Source of the DNA: Phoronis australis
Taxonomy: Eukaryota > Animalia > Phoronida
Reading direction: 5' to 3'
Length of the DNA stretch: 64,000 nucleotides
NCBI GenBank assembly: GCA_002633005.1
Contig: NMRA01000177.1
Coordinates: 325,942 to 389,941, forward strand
Position numbers and translations under genes: made by a program. The notes below the pieces were generated by a model that saw only the letters and a list, made by a program, of their open reading frames with translations, did no database searches and had not been told where the DNA came from. Shown piece by piece: positions 51,418-64,000 of this stretch; the stretch's first letter is position 1; each line of letters begins with the position of its first letter.

Positions 51418-54309
51418 GTGAGTATTATTTACGCGTGTTTTGAGTGACGGATTTAAATTAGGAGAAGTCTGCAACATTCTCGTTGATCCTGTATTTTCTT
51501 GCTCCCCTTCTTCATTTGGCAGTTTTTCATCACTTCTGTGCTCTGCTGCGACCAATTGGTTCATCCATGTTAGTTGCCAGATCCTGTTGTGTGTGAACTT
51601 GAATGACTACCACTGCTGTATCCTGTAGTACATTTTGACTCATCAGTGATAGCAAAACAGTTTGTATGAGTTCATCACAAAGTATACTTCAATTTCCAGT
51701 TGTTTAGATTGCTGCCTGGGATCATTCACAAATCGGGTTCATTTGCTCTCTGTTAGTGTTCGTGCTTCTAGAATACTTGTGACCTCAGCTTTTCTACATT
51801 CCATCCGTTTCTTCAAGAAATGGCCGTGAGCCAAGAAGTGACTGTCAGACGAGGAAGTTTCCGCCAGTTTTCTTGTGGAGTTGAGAAATTGTAGCCGTCA
51901 GAATTCTGACACCGGAACAGAGTAGTGTGATGACATTTATGATGCAGATTTATTGTTGATGTTTATGTAATGCCCTCAGTGCCTTTATTTTGGGACTGAA
52001 TTTCAGTCTGAAAGACCCTGCAACATTCCCTTGACCAGGACCTAGAAATTCTCTTGTATCAGAAATCCCCTCGAGATTGAAATCAAGTGACACAGGCAGT
52101 CAGCATCCATATTAACTACATAAGTGTGTAACTGATGGCTACCAGGAAGGGGGGAATTTCCCCTCGTTGGAAAAAATTAATCTACCAGAATACACGCGCA
52201 CCTTTCCCCTGAGGTGAGCGAGGGTCTGTGTTGTAAAATGCTAACAGACTTGTATTGTAATTCTGACCTACGAGCAGGTGTGTTAAAGTAAAAAACATGC
52301 AATATTGATCACTGGTGATGTCGGAGTTGATTGTGGCTTCATGCTGAGTGTACAGGTGCCCGCTGGTGGTTTGCTCTGTGCACCTGATGACTGAATGGGT
52401 GCAACAAAAACACTCTGCCTGCGCAGTTAGGTTGAGAGGCTGGGAAAGCAGCAGCATTGCGGATGTATGCCTTCCCAGAATTCCCGGTATTTCGAGTGCA
52501 TTTCTGATGAGACCAATTTCGCTTAATGGCGTGATTCGGTGGCAGCCCAGTTTTTGTGAGAGAAATTTCCGTACGGGGGTTTAGGTTTTTTAGTGTGCAA
52601 ACAAACATCAGAAAGTGTCTAGTCACTAGGGGTTCCATTCTGTGTGCATGAAAGGCTTTGAGGATCTTTTTGATGGTTTGCTGGACCCAGAAAAAGAAAT
52701 GACAAAAGTCCCGGATACCGCGCTCGTCAAGAATTGAGTCTGTCAAATTTTTTTGCGTAGAACTTTGTCATTTAGATCGTGAGAAATTCGATTAAATTAA
52801 GCACTCGTCTGGTGGAACCATGTGTTTTTATCTCACCTTGTATTTATTCACTGTTATATACAAAGAGACAGAGATGGGTGAAGTTTTTCGAATCGTAGGC
52901 AATTAACTGAGGATGAACGGGAGGTTTGCATCTTCTTCAGCCGTAAGATTTCATCAAGTAATTGTTGCCATCCTCAGTGACAATTGTTTAAGTTATTGGC
53001 ATCAGCTGAACAATAAAGGTTTGTAAGGTGTTATGGCACGTATAATGGACTATTGGTAGTGTTGTTACATCCTCTATTGCAAGATGGTTTGGTCTCCTGC
53101 TTTGCTTTAAGCATAGCTTTGGGAATCCACAGCATAAGTAGGGGTGTTTGATCGCCACTTTGTATCAAACTGTGCGTTTGCCAGTTGTGAAAGTGTAGCA
53201 GAGACGTGTTTCTCACACTGTCTGTTCACAGCAGTAAAATCAACTGGTGTGACTGTAACTGAAAGCTTTCGTTTTGCTCTATGAACTGAAGGTGATGTAG
53301 TAGTCGCACTGTTGTTAGGTCCAGCTATTCATCACACTCATTAACCTTTGTTTGCCTTTAAGTTTTTGCATTACTGTTTCAAGTAAATTTTCCGCTTGGT
53401 TACCGATACGCTATCGGCACAGTCGAACAACCACGAAGATTTGTAATTTATCTGGGCTTACTAGGCCTTAGGATGTGTTCGCCTGACTGTTGTCCATTAA
53501 GACGTTCCCGGTTGTGCATCGATCAATAGCATTTGATTGATAATATCTAAGTGAGTAGTGTTTTAATGCAAAGCAAAAGACTTGCTTTTGATTTTCGCTA
53601 GCCACTCCAATTAATCGTGGATAGCCTACCTCTATTGATGCCGTGAGTTGCGTTTCGTCTGACGGATTGTTTTTTTTTTGAAGGTTGCGCTTCGCTGCTG
53701 CTGCTAACAGTTATCGTTATCTGCTTGCTGCATGCTGGCTTCGTTGTTCGTTAATATTTGATTGATGTTTGCCATGTTCTTTTTAATTGGATTCTCTTGT
53801 CAGTCATGCAAAATCAGCTCCACAGTTAAGAGTTGGTTTTTCTAAAACTAGTTTTCTGTTTTGCCGTAGCATTGCAAACATTGCTTCTAGTCGTGTTGGT
53901 TTGAGGAATTTTAAGGTTCATTAAAGGGATTTCGTACTGGTTTTGTGGTAAACAGTTTCTCAAAGTATATTGTCTTATTGTAGCTGAGGTATAGAACTTG
54001 AAATGGGAAAGAACTTATTTGTAGCTACCCTATCTTTTTAAAAATTAAAAACATAAAATTGCACGTGTCCGCCATGTTGTGACCTCGATTAGCTAGACTT
54101 GTACTGCGTAACTCCATAGTGGTTGAATGTTAAGTGTCACAGTCATGTGTATCTGCTGTGTAACGGTGTGTGACGGGAGTTGGAATTCTGTGTTCCTTGG
54201 CAGACTATAAGTGGGAGGGGTGTTTCTTGTTCAGTCTCAAGAAGGTGAAAGTCATGGAAAACTGCTTACTTATAAGGATTTCCTGGTTATGAACTATTAA
54301 ATTAGATTA

Positions 54310-54803
54310 TTAAGCTTAGAGAGGACTTCATCGAAAGTCTGTGTTTAGCCACATATGTACCAAGCTATAGATTTTAACTTAATAAAAGTATACGTTTTCT
54401 GAAAGTAGAAAGCCTGAATGATTTGATTTTTGCCTTTATACCAATCGGACATTGAGTCACGTGACCATGTATTTTTAATAAAATTTAATAAAAAAAGAAT
54501 GGAACTTTCGTAGCAAATTATTATCCGTAACATGACCAAATTTCATTTGATACAAGTGTTCAAAATGGAATCTGAGAAAAGCTGTTATAGTTCAACTTTT
54601 GATTTTTCCTTGAAATGCTATTTTTGATAGCCCCTCATGCGAAAGAGAAATGTTTTAAAAACAATCCCCAATAGCGTTTTGGAAAATTGTGCATAAAGCG
54701 TAGTACTTGGAAGTTTCATATCGACAAGATCTGCCATTTCTAAGACGAGACGTTCCGAAGTCGGCCAGACTTGGACATTTTTTTGGAATCCTACATAACT
54801 TAA
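54310..54803 (+). mobile_element. TTAA-MITE family copy
   Basis: TTAA at both ends; tttagccacatatg ... ttctgaaagtagaaag ... tcctacataacttaa. Confidence 0.75.
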
Positions 54804-55852
54804 CTCCAAGGTGTGACATCACTTCTGCCACATGCTCTGTTCACACGAAAGTGGTGATAACTTTTTAACCCGGTTGCTACTCTTGGTGTGAACCGCTGGT
54901 ACAAGTGATAACTCTATGAGTGTGGTTTAAGAAGCAGTTGCAATAGTTATAAGTTGGTGTGAAAGGTCAGTGTAGTTGTAGATTTCATAACCCTTTGTGT
55001 ATACGAAACCACTTCAAAGGCACTGACCTCTAGTGACTGAAGCCAGGACCTAGTTGAGAGTTAACAGTTGTAAGGCTTGGTATGAACAGCGTTATAAATG
55101 TGAAAGTTTAATTAGTTAGTGTGATCACCATCGGTAAGTTGTGGGGTAGTGTATAATTTGGCCGTAATGCGACGTTAGTTAACTTTCAGTAGAGTATTCT
55201 GGAGAGGTATCTAGATCTGTTCCGAGGCGTATTCACGGAATTGTCTGTAAATCCACTCGCGTGTTGTAATATTGCTACTTCTGCAGGGTGAAATATTTAT
55301 TGTGATTTTCCAGAGGAAAATCAATACAAATTCTTGAGCTATGAGAGTATCGCTGTGCTAGTTGTAGCGTGTGCAGCCTGGTCTAAGTTGAGAGATAATG
55401 CACTGTTTTTGCGCAGTGTTTGACAAGGGCTCTGGCTACCACTGATAAGCTCCTACATAAGGTTTGTAATTTTTCTTGTGCCTCCGTTGATGATACTGTG
55501 ATGTGTGTGATATACAGCCCTTATGCCCTGAAGTCAGATGTGGCCTGTGTGGAGAGTATTAGCAATGTTTATTGGGAGAGGTGTAATGGTCATGTATTAT
55601 CTATGGCACATTGCTCTCTCTTGATATTTTTACACTTCCTTGCTTGGTTTGCAGTGCTGATTTTAGGCTTTAGCATCTTGTTTGGGTTGAAAAGGTTAAC
55701 TAATCACCGAGGTAACCTTTCGGAGCTAACCGTTGGCTTCTTGTGGAGTTGCCCCCGTCCATTTGCTGTAACGAGAAAACCAGATTTGCATCCATTTCAG
55801 AAATCATTGTAATCTTTGCCGTTGATTGCATCAGGCATTGTGCGCTGAAATT

Positions 55853-56364
55853 GTAAGTTAGGTAGGACCAAATAAAAAGGGTCAAATTTAGCCGAATGTG
55901 GAACGTCATTTCTTAGAGATGGCTGACTGAATTCATATGAAACTTTCAGATACTATGCTTCATGGATTGCTCTCAAGCATGCTATCAGGAATTGTATTTT
56001 AAGTTTTCCACTTTTGCAGGAGGGGCTATTGAAAAATAGGACTATATGATTTTCATGAAGATGCATAGATTGAAAACAAAGTGTAACACCTTTTTGTTAT
56101 CTCACCTTGAATATTTATGTCAAGTAGAATTTTATCATATTGATACCATCGTTTACCATCCATGTTGCCACCTTTTTTGTTAAGTTTTAATTAAAAGACA
56201 AGGTCACATGACCCAATTATTAATGGATTGATAAAAAGTCAAAAATCAAATTCTACACGCTTTGTACTTTCAGAAAATTGATACACTTACCGAGTTAAAA
56301 TCTAAATTTTCTCAATATTTTGCTTAATACTCAGGCTTGTCCATACGGTGTTATGTAACCTTAA
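55853..56364 (-). mobile_element. TTAA-MITE family copy
   Basis: aagttaggtaggacc ... aaaatcaaattctac ... accgagttaaaatct ... taaccttaa. Confidence 0.72.
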
Positions 56365-56570
56365 GCTGCCAAGTGTGCTGTTTGTTAGGAATATCCCTCT
56401 CTGTCATTAGCGTCTTCCTTTTTCACTTTGGCGTTTTTTTTTGATTTTTTTTGACAGTATTTATAGATCTCGTTAGATCTTCTCAGCCAATGATGATTTG
56501 ATGTGGGGAATAAAATATTGAATAATTCAGGGCATTTTGTATTAACGTGAATGAAATTGGCGTCCCAGCT

Positions 56571-56690
56571 CAGTGGTGGGTTTAGAGAGGAGCAAGGGGG
56601 CCATGTTCAGGGGTGCGAATGTCTGACAAGCAAAAGCCTGGCTAATACTCTGTCCTGCCACCCCAACTCAAAATCCTGGATCTGCCCCTG
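56571..56690. mobile_element. 120-bp mini hAT-like element with 5-bp flanking duplication
   Basis: cagtggtgggtttag / ctggatctgcccctg imperfect TIRs; CAGCT at 56566-56570 and 56691-56695. Confidence 0.6.
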
Positions 56691-57100
56691 CAGCTGCACC
56701 AACTTATATGATTAGTTACTGACATATATGAAAGATGAAGCTGTGAAACTAATGCCAGTTTAACTCTTCCTCTTTATTGTTGCTCAGTTTCACATTTGCT
56801 GGCTCTCAGATTTTGTGAGAGATTTCCTGGTTTAGACTTCTGAACGTTTTCATTGCATTCCCCTAGATGCCTCTGGGGTACATTCAGAAGTTGTAGTCTT
56901 AGAAGTCAAACTTCACATGTTGTTTAGGATGTCTTTAGTCAAATTGCAACAAAGCCTCCTACGTTTTGAGTAGAAATCAGAAAAAATAAGATTTGCCCTT
57001 TTTGATCTGAGGCTTGCATGTTTCTCACAAGGGCATTTCCAATAGTGCCCGGGTTTCCCGGGGCCCTTAGCTGTAGTAAGTCTTGAGGCCTGGGGATTTG

Positions 57101-57117
57101 GGCGCCCCCTTGTGGCT
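57101..57117 (-). promoter_or_regulatory. CTCF-consensus motif AGCCACAAGGGGGCGCC
   Basis: Near-consensus motif in a local GC-rich patch (57040-57135). Confidence 0.5.
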
Positions 57118-60100
57118 ATGAGGAGAGCCCACAATCAAGGCAGAACCCCTAAGATGTAGCTTAGCTTTTTAGATAATATGGAACTGGCTTCCAGCAATAC
57201 TTTTACCAACGAATAATTTTTGATTGAAGATGGAACCTCTAACTTAAGAAAATTTTAACGATTTTGCATTGTTGTAAATTAAGCATAGATTAACTTGTCG
57301 GAGACACTATGCCTATCTAAATGATTTTCACATTCCGTCCAAGTGTAATATTAACCGAGACCCACGCAACGCTAAAGACAAAATTGCAAGTTACCTTGAA
57401 CTAGAATAAATCAAAGTAGCAGTGATGAATCTTGTCTTTGAAGCAATCTATGAACTCTGGTCAGTGCTTAGTTGTATCCTTTGTAATTAGGAACGCCGAA
57501 GGGTCGTATTAAAAAATAAAAGAAAAAGTTATGATTTTCAAAGGTAATGCTGCATGCGGGTTTCGGAAAAAAATGTAAGTTTGAAGTGTCCTGAATTGAA
57601 CCTTAATTGCCTGTGGTGTTGAATTGATTTTTAAAGGCACTCTACATAACTAAGTACTAAGTATTTGGTTCATACCATGGTTTGTCCTAATGTAACATAA
57701 GCTAAATACATGTTGAGAATGAGTGAAGACCTATGTAACTTTGATGTATGTAGCTTTGTTCAGACTGATGTCTGCGGAAGTTGAAATTAGCTGATGTGAT
57801 TCTCATGTTTCAGTTATTTTTTCAGTTGTTTCTAGAGAGAAATCGTACCCTTCCTGTGAGCTTAGCTTAACTGAAGCTTCAAGAGCAAAATATGATTGGG
57901 TCCTGCAAAAGTGGCTCAATCTGTGAGCGAACTAGTGTTATCTGGGTCATCCCTTGCCACCTAAGTTTGTGTGTGCACAGGTATGCATCACATGTGTCCA
58001 CTGGGGTCAGTCTTGGGTTACAACAGGTCCGAGTCAACTGATTACTGTCTGAAGCATGGACCCTCTGGAAACAGAAATTGTGAAATGTGCATTTTCCACA
58101 AACTTCTGTTGAGTTGTTTTTTCACTAAAAATGCTGATTTAGCCGAGGCTGATCTCATTAGCATGCCTTATGCTAATGAGCCTCTCTTCCAGTTGTGTAA
58201 TGGTTTATCAGTCTGAAGCTGAATTCCTTTGACAGTGACGTGCAAGTACACAACTGTGCTTTGCGCTAAGTTCAATTGATATTAGATAGTGGGTAAATTT
58301 TATATATTTCCCCAATATTTACATCAAGGTGTTTGCCACAGTTTTGCGTTTTTTATTCTACGTGGCTGTACAAGAGTACGTCAGTGTACGCCATTGAAAA
58401 AGGTACGAAAATTTTCGTTCAAGTGTCCACCTTGCTCATTATTGAAATTTGCGGCGCTGATGATGGGTGGTGGTTTATGAGCAACAGTTGCCTACGCCTA
58501 AATTTCATTTGTTTCGTTGACCAAAACATTGAATTGAGAAAAATCTCACTTTTGCGCTATGTAGCTGCTTACCTTTCTTGTCAACTTGGTGAAAATTTGA
58601 TGTTATGCTCACTGTATTGAGGATAACATGGGCTGAGATTTTGTTGTAGTTTGGGTAGAAAGATGATGACAGGTGTTGTCCCACCAGGTGTCAGGTGTGT
58701 GTGTGAATCTAGGGTATGGGTGCATTGGGGATGAACTGGAAAGGGACGATTGCTCCCGCGTAGTTTCTACTCTTCGTGAAAAGCTTAGAAAATAATAATA
58801 ATAATTATCATGCATAGAACATTTGTGTAATGTGAAAAATGGATAAAATTGTGAATATTTAAAGGAAGAGTTATTTGTCTCCTTTTTGAGGAAAATGAAA
58901 CTTGTATTTTACAGAACACATGAAAAACTCCGGAAATTGAAAATACAGCACAACAGGGAGCCTGTCAAGAGCCAAACTCTGTAGACTGTCATTTTTCAGT
59001 TGCAGTTTGTGAATATTTTGTAAAAAGCTCTCGGCGATTTTAACATTCACTGTGAATAATTTCCATATACCGGTATTCTTGTAGTTCCCTTGAAATTAAT
59101 CTCCTTAAAAAAACGACAACTGATTGTAATAGTTCAGTTGATCTTGAAGTGGAGAACCTGTCAAATGATGAGAAGTAATATCTACTTGTTTGTTCAAATT
59201 ATTTACTAGTTACTGTCAGGCCTCTTAAGTTTGTGTGCACATTATTTCAAAATGACTTCAGTTTTGTGCTGTTGAATTGTATGTAAGTGTTATACTCATG
59301 TGTTGTGTTTAGAAAACTTGTGTGGCTGAGGTTGGCTAAATCTAACTTTTGACCTCCCGGCTGTCTATGGTAGCCATCGTTCAAACAGTGATGACTAAAA
59401 CAGTCTGACTGAGCTAAACACTGATGTCTTCTGAAAGATTCACCGGTAGTGAATTGCATTGCAGTTGGGAGCTCGGAGGCATGTGGACATGACTTGAGTT
59501 GCCCAGTCTCGGCAATTGTCTGGGCTGTTATAAGATTTCGTGGAGATGAAATGCAGGCTGGATGACTTCAAAAAAGACCAGAGGCAGTACAAATCTGGTC
59601 CTTGTTAAAAACATAACCGGGTATTATATTCACCCTTTGTGGTAAATCAGCCAGCCACAAGTGTGCCAAAGCGGTAACAGTTGTTAACAAAAGTTCCTGT
59701 GATTGTTTTGACTGGCTGTAGTTCCTGTGTGGGTGTTGAGGACAGAGGGAAGTAGAGAGTGTGTTGAGAATATGCTCTCTGCTCTTCACAGAGTTGGGAT
59801 GGTAAATCTCTGGAGTTGTTTCATATTCTCTCTGGATCTCGGTTGTAGCCATTGGAAAAGGGACTAGCAACACTGTTGGAAGTATGTAGTAGTCGCAGAC
59901 AAAATCGAGATTGTTTATTACATGTCGTCTAGTCTGGCCTGGATTTGTGTTGGTCTTGAGGTTTCATTGAGGTTTCAACCAACAGGAAGGATGGCTGTCG
60001 TGAACACCTATCAAGCTCTGTTATCAAGTTCAGCTGCCGAGTTCTAGTTGTCCAGTCACAATGCAGGACTCTCAGTAGATGGAATGTATCTTTTTGTTTG

Positions 60101-60988
60101 TCTGCCATCGTTTTGTGGATTTCGCTCACTCACATTTAGCAACGCTTGATTTGAGTAATGGGAAAGACTGCACTGTTGTATTGCACGCATCACGCCAGTT
60201 GTGATAATATGTACCAGTACACCAAGCAAGACGGCACTACTTTCGTTCGCGAAACGTATGAATCGCTTTTCAAAGCCGGATTTTGGAGCCTAGAGGCTGC
60301 TAAACTGAGGTTGGTGTCGTTGTTAGTATCCTGATTAATAAAACTGTTAATATGTCTGTGTAATGGAATACCTTGGCTTCAATAGATTTTGTCGTATTTT
60401 GCAGTGGGTCACTATAAAAGAATGGCCTACAGGAAATTCAGGAATTGTTGTCCAAGTTGCAAAACGAAAAAATCCAGACATTCAGTGACTGGCTTGATTG
60501 ACAGATTTTGTGTGGGTAGTCTAGCATACTGTACTGGCTATTTACGTCTGAAAGGAATTTTTTACAAACAGAAGAGCTGTTTTCAGATATAAGTTCTGGA
60601 TGAAACCACCAGGTGCAATCTGTATGTCAACTCAACCAGCACAGGAAGTTTAAGAGTAAAATATGTTGGGTCAAACCTCTGTGCTTGAGCGCATCAACAC
60701 ATTGTGTTAGACCTTGTTTCGTATATTGTGTATATTAAATATATGAAAGCTAATGTATCAGAATTTTGACACCTGTTCATGTGATCGATCATGGAGAAAG
60801 GTGTGACCGAAAGTTGCAGTTATTGTGCAGAGTTTTCTTTTGAATAAGTAGAGGAATGCAAAGACACAAATGAGCCACTAACCTGCTAAGTTGTTCACTT
60901 AGTGTCGGCTCTTGTATGAAAACACAAAGCCTTCTCTCTTATCATTCATCTGTTTGACGAAAAAGGCAAAATTGGTTCTGGTCTCTTG

Positions 60989-61107
60989 TTTTTTTTTGAA
61001 AATCATGTCTCGGTCTTTTTTTTTTTGAAAATCATGTCTCGGTCAGTGAATATTCCCAGTCTGTTTTTTTTTTGAAAATCATGTCTCGGGCAATGAATAT
61101 CCCAGTC
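60989..61107. repeat. Three copies of polyT-gaaaatcatgtctcgg
   Basis: Direct reading; the upstream ttggttctggtct...ttttgaaaatc also resembles 25726-25756. Confidence 0.8.
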
Positions 61108-64000
61108 AGCGGGTGTTAAACAGCCAATCACAGGGTAGCTAGCGGTCGACAAGCGTGTCACGTAGTAGGGAGGTCCAGTATTCGTGTGTTCTAAAAAGAT
61201 CGAGATGAGCTCCTGTGGTGCAAAGCAGGTTGTGATAAGTGAAAATTGTATGCAGTGGTTGATACAAGTATTCTAGTGTCTTTGGTGATAGGGAGATTTT
61301 TCCAGTCCATCGCTCCTTCTTGTTAGCAATGTCGGTCTAGTAACGCGTCGAATTTTCTCTGCATTTTTTTGTCATTGTTGATTTTTTCTTCCTAACTTTG
61401 TTTTGTGAGTGAATGCTATCACAGAGTCAACTTGTATTCTTTTGGGTCATTTTTATCTTACGTGGTTCTGTAAAGAGGCAAGGAACGTTAGAGCTCGTCA
61501 AAAATATCTTTTAAACAATTCCTGACGAAAGTACCATCTCACAACTTCTAGTACATAGTAATTCACTTTCCCTTGTGAGGAAATTTCCAGAAAAAATCAC
61601 AAGATTCACGATTTTTGAAATACGCGTGATGAAAAAAACTCAGTGGTTAAATCGTTCAATATTGCAATTTGGTCTATTTATCGCGTTCCAGACCTCTTTT
61701 AGGCATATACTTTCTACATGTGCTCTCGATTGATTACTAGTAACATTGAACAGATTTTCTTTACCGAGACCAAAACTTGCTAAGATTGTCACTTTTTTCC
61801 TTTCTAAGGACGTCTGCCTTGCAATGAACTTCAAATTTTAACCCCCCTTTTAAATATTTCGTTTCCGCTCAACCCAACCTTCCTCTGATTGGAATTGATC
61901 AGACGGTAAGATATTCCATTTAGTATTGTCGCGTCATGCTGGTTTTTATGAAAACTATTTTTTGTGTTGAAAACCAAAATAATGCCCTTGTTACGCTGCA
62001 CACATTTCTTAAACGGTTACACCAGGGGGAGCAAACTTCATTTTATTTCATGCCTAACCGATTGCTTTTCCATAACAGCTGTTGGGTAAAAGTCATGTTT
62101 ACAATAATGTGTGAAAGTGTGAAATTAAACTGCTGGTTTGCACCATGCAGTGTGCTAAACACCCACATAGTCTTCCAGTGAAAATGGTCCCGTCTACTTT
62201 CTGCTCTGTCTCGCAGCGGGTGATTAAGTTGTTAATGCAGCGAAATCTCACCAATTTAGGACACAGTATGACTTGGCGCGTTAAATTTTACGTGATCATT
62301 CTGTCATTGAAACGTGTACAGAATCAAACTAAACGTTTTTGCATGTTCAAGTTTTGTAGCATGGCCATCGTCCGGCGAAGTTTTTAAAAATTGTGGGCCA
62401 TTACAATAATGTTAGATGTCTTTGAAGAATGAAAAAATGTCATTTTGGCGATTAGTCTTGTCTGAAATTGGTGGGATTTTATCATATCTGCTGTCTGGTC
62501 GTGGTTTTGTGCCAGGAGTCTGGTGCACCCTGGGGGCATTGTCATGTAAAGAGGAAACTCTTGGGTTTTCATTGTTTAATGGGCCATTAAAACAATGATT
62601 CAGTGATGGCCACTTCCAGCATTAATTTGGTCTAGTTGCAAACACCAGCGTCAATTTATGAATGTGAATCATGACTCTGAAACAGCCGTAGATCTGAGAG
62701 GGCCCATTTTTATTTTTATCTGAAATTTAAATAACTTGCCACTGTTAAAATGCCGATAAAATGGATTCCGGGTAGTGACAACGTATGGTGGTGGTGTTGA
62801 ATTCAGTTTGTCCGAGCTTATAACTGTTGTGACTAGTGCAGTGGCCTATCCTAAATTGAGCTTGTGTTCATTTATTTCAAGAGTGGGTGTGTTTGTTAAT
62901 TTTTTTCTGTGGAGACATGTTCTGCAATGGACCGTGCTATAAATAGACAACTCTCTGGGGGGGGCTTAACAGCTAATTTGAATTTACGTGGAATTTGTAA
63001 AATAACTTAAAATCAGCCATCACAACGTCTTTTTTTGGTGGTAACACTGTGTTTAGATATTTATAGAAATGCAAATAGGTAATGCAAATTTTATGTAAAA
63101 CATTACTTTGACTAATGCTTTTACTGACTACTGAGTCATGTAGCAAGTTCTGACCTTGAAATCTTTGTGTTTAATTAAAGCAGGTTTTAGTAAGTAACCG
63201 TTATCGACCTTCATGAATCTGTCCCTTCTGAGGTGAAGTTTGGGTAGTGGTTGAAGACAAGAATATGTTAGAAAAGCTATTAAAGAACGATTTTGTGAAA
63301 TGGCTCAACAAGCATAAGTGCGGTTGTAACGATGAGTTGCTGTGGTGGCTACAATGTACGTCAAAACCTAACATTATTATGCATTGGATACATTTAAGTT
63401 TTGAGAGTATTTTGCAGCAACTATGCAAAGCTTTGAGAAACAGTAAACTGGCTGATTTTAGCAATAGTTACAGGGTTCCTGCATTTTGAGAACCAGTTTG
63501 ACGCGTGTTATTCTGGGGAGAAAACTGGCTCTAGAAATGCGGGGCCCTCGTTAGTGACTATGGTATTACCCAAGATCTGCTGTACTCCAAATATGAGACA
63601 GACATTGGTCTTGGTACTGTACTTCATTAGTTCTGCATTTCATTAGTTATTACCCGTTTGCCTGACAGTGTTTAATGTTATAAACCTTTAAACTGGTCTT
63701 GTTATGGTTAATTTATCAAGTGCTGGTAGGCTGTTATTTCATTACCAAAATAGAGTTTCTCCAAGCCTCCCAATGTTGTACTGCTGTGAGAACTTCTCTT
63801 ACTAACAAGCTGCTGTCATAGGTATCATTGTAAAATTTTAAAAAATTTGGTTAGCAGGAATAACTGTGGCTGATGCCCACGCGAAAGTTACTTTGGTCGA
63901 TCTTCAGTGTGTGTTTCAAACAGCAGTAAATTCGGGTTCGACTGTTGGGCAATGTTTACCGTAGGCAGGCCTGTCTTTGTGGTCCTTAACCCGAATGAAA

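Noticed and set aside
51418-63260. Search for the next phase-2 coding exon (e.g. 51850, 58709, 59550, 60405; donor-like gtaagt at 55134)
   Set aside because: No candidate combined a good acceptor, an open frame and a donor; the next exon probably lies beyond the window or was missed.

Overview
Eukaryotic (animal, probably marine invertebrate; roughly 38% GC by eye) intron-rich DNA. The short ORFs in the track are mostly noise. The window holds the 5' part of one large + strand gene, an Lbc-family RhoGEF related to AKAP13/ARHGEF28. I assembled 8 phase-compatible coding exons by hand (28283-51417, 1723 nt): the N-terminal DBB/ankyrin-like module, an acidic region, a coiled-coil-like stretch and an RRRSW motif. 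I did not find the canonical first coding exon or the C1/DH/PH exons, which presumably lie outside the window. The introns contain candidate alternative first coding exons whose donors match the phase of the next acceptor (9087-9453, 50250-50265, weaker 33351-33397), suggesting a multi-promoter, N-terminus-swapping gene. The rest is a patchwork of non-autonomous DNA transposons: about 10 copies of a TTAA-flanked ~500-bp MITE, a 451-bp foldback, Harbinger- and hAT-like MITEs, and a Helentron/DINE-like element carrying a CTCF motif. There are also simple repeats and two 'n'-joined duplications that look like uncollapsed haplotypes, one showing filled versus empty transposon alleles. No prokaryotic system, CRISPR array, rRNA, intact tRNA or transposase was found.
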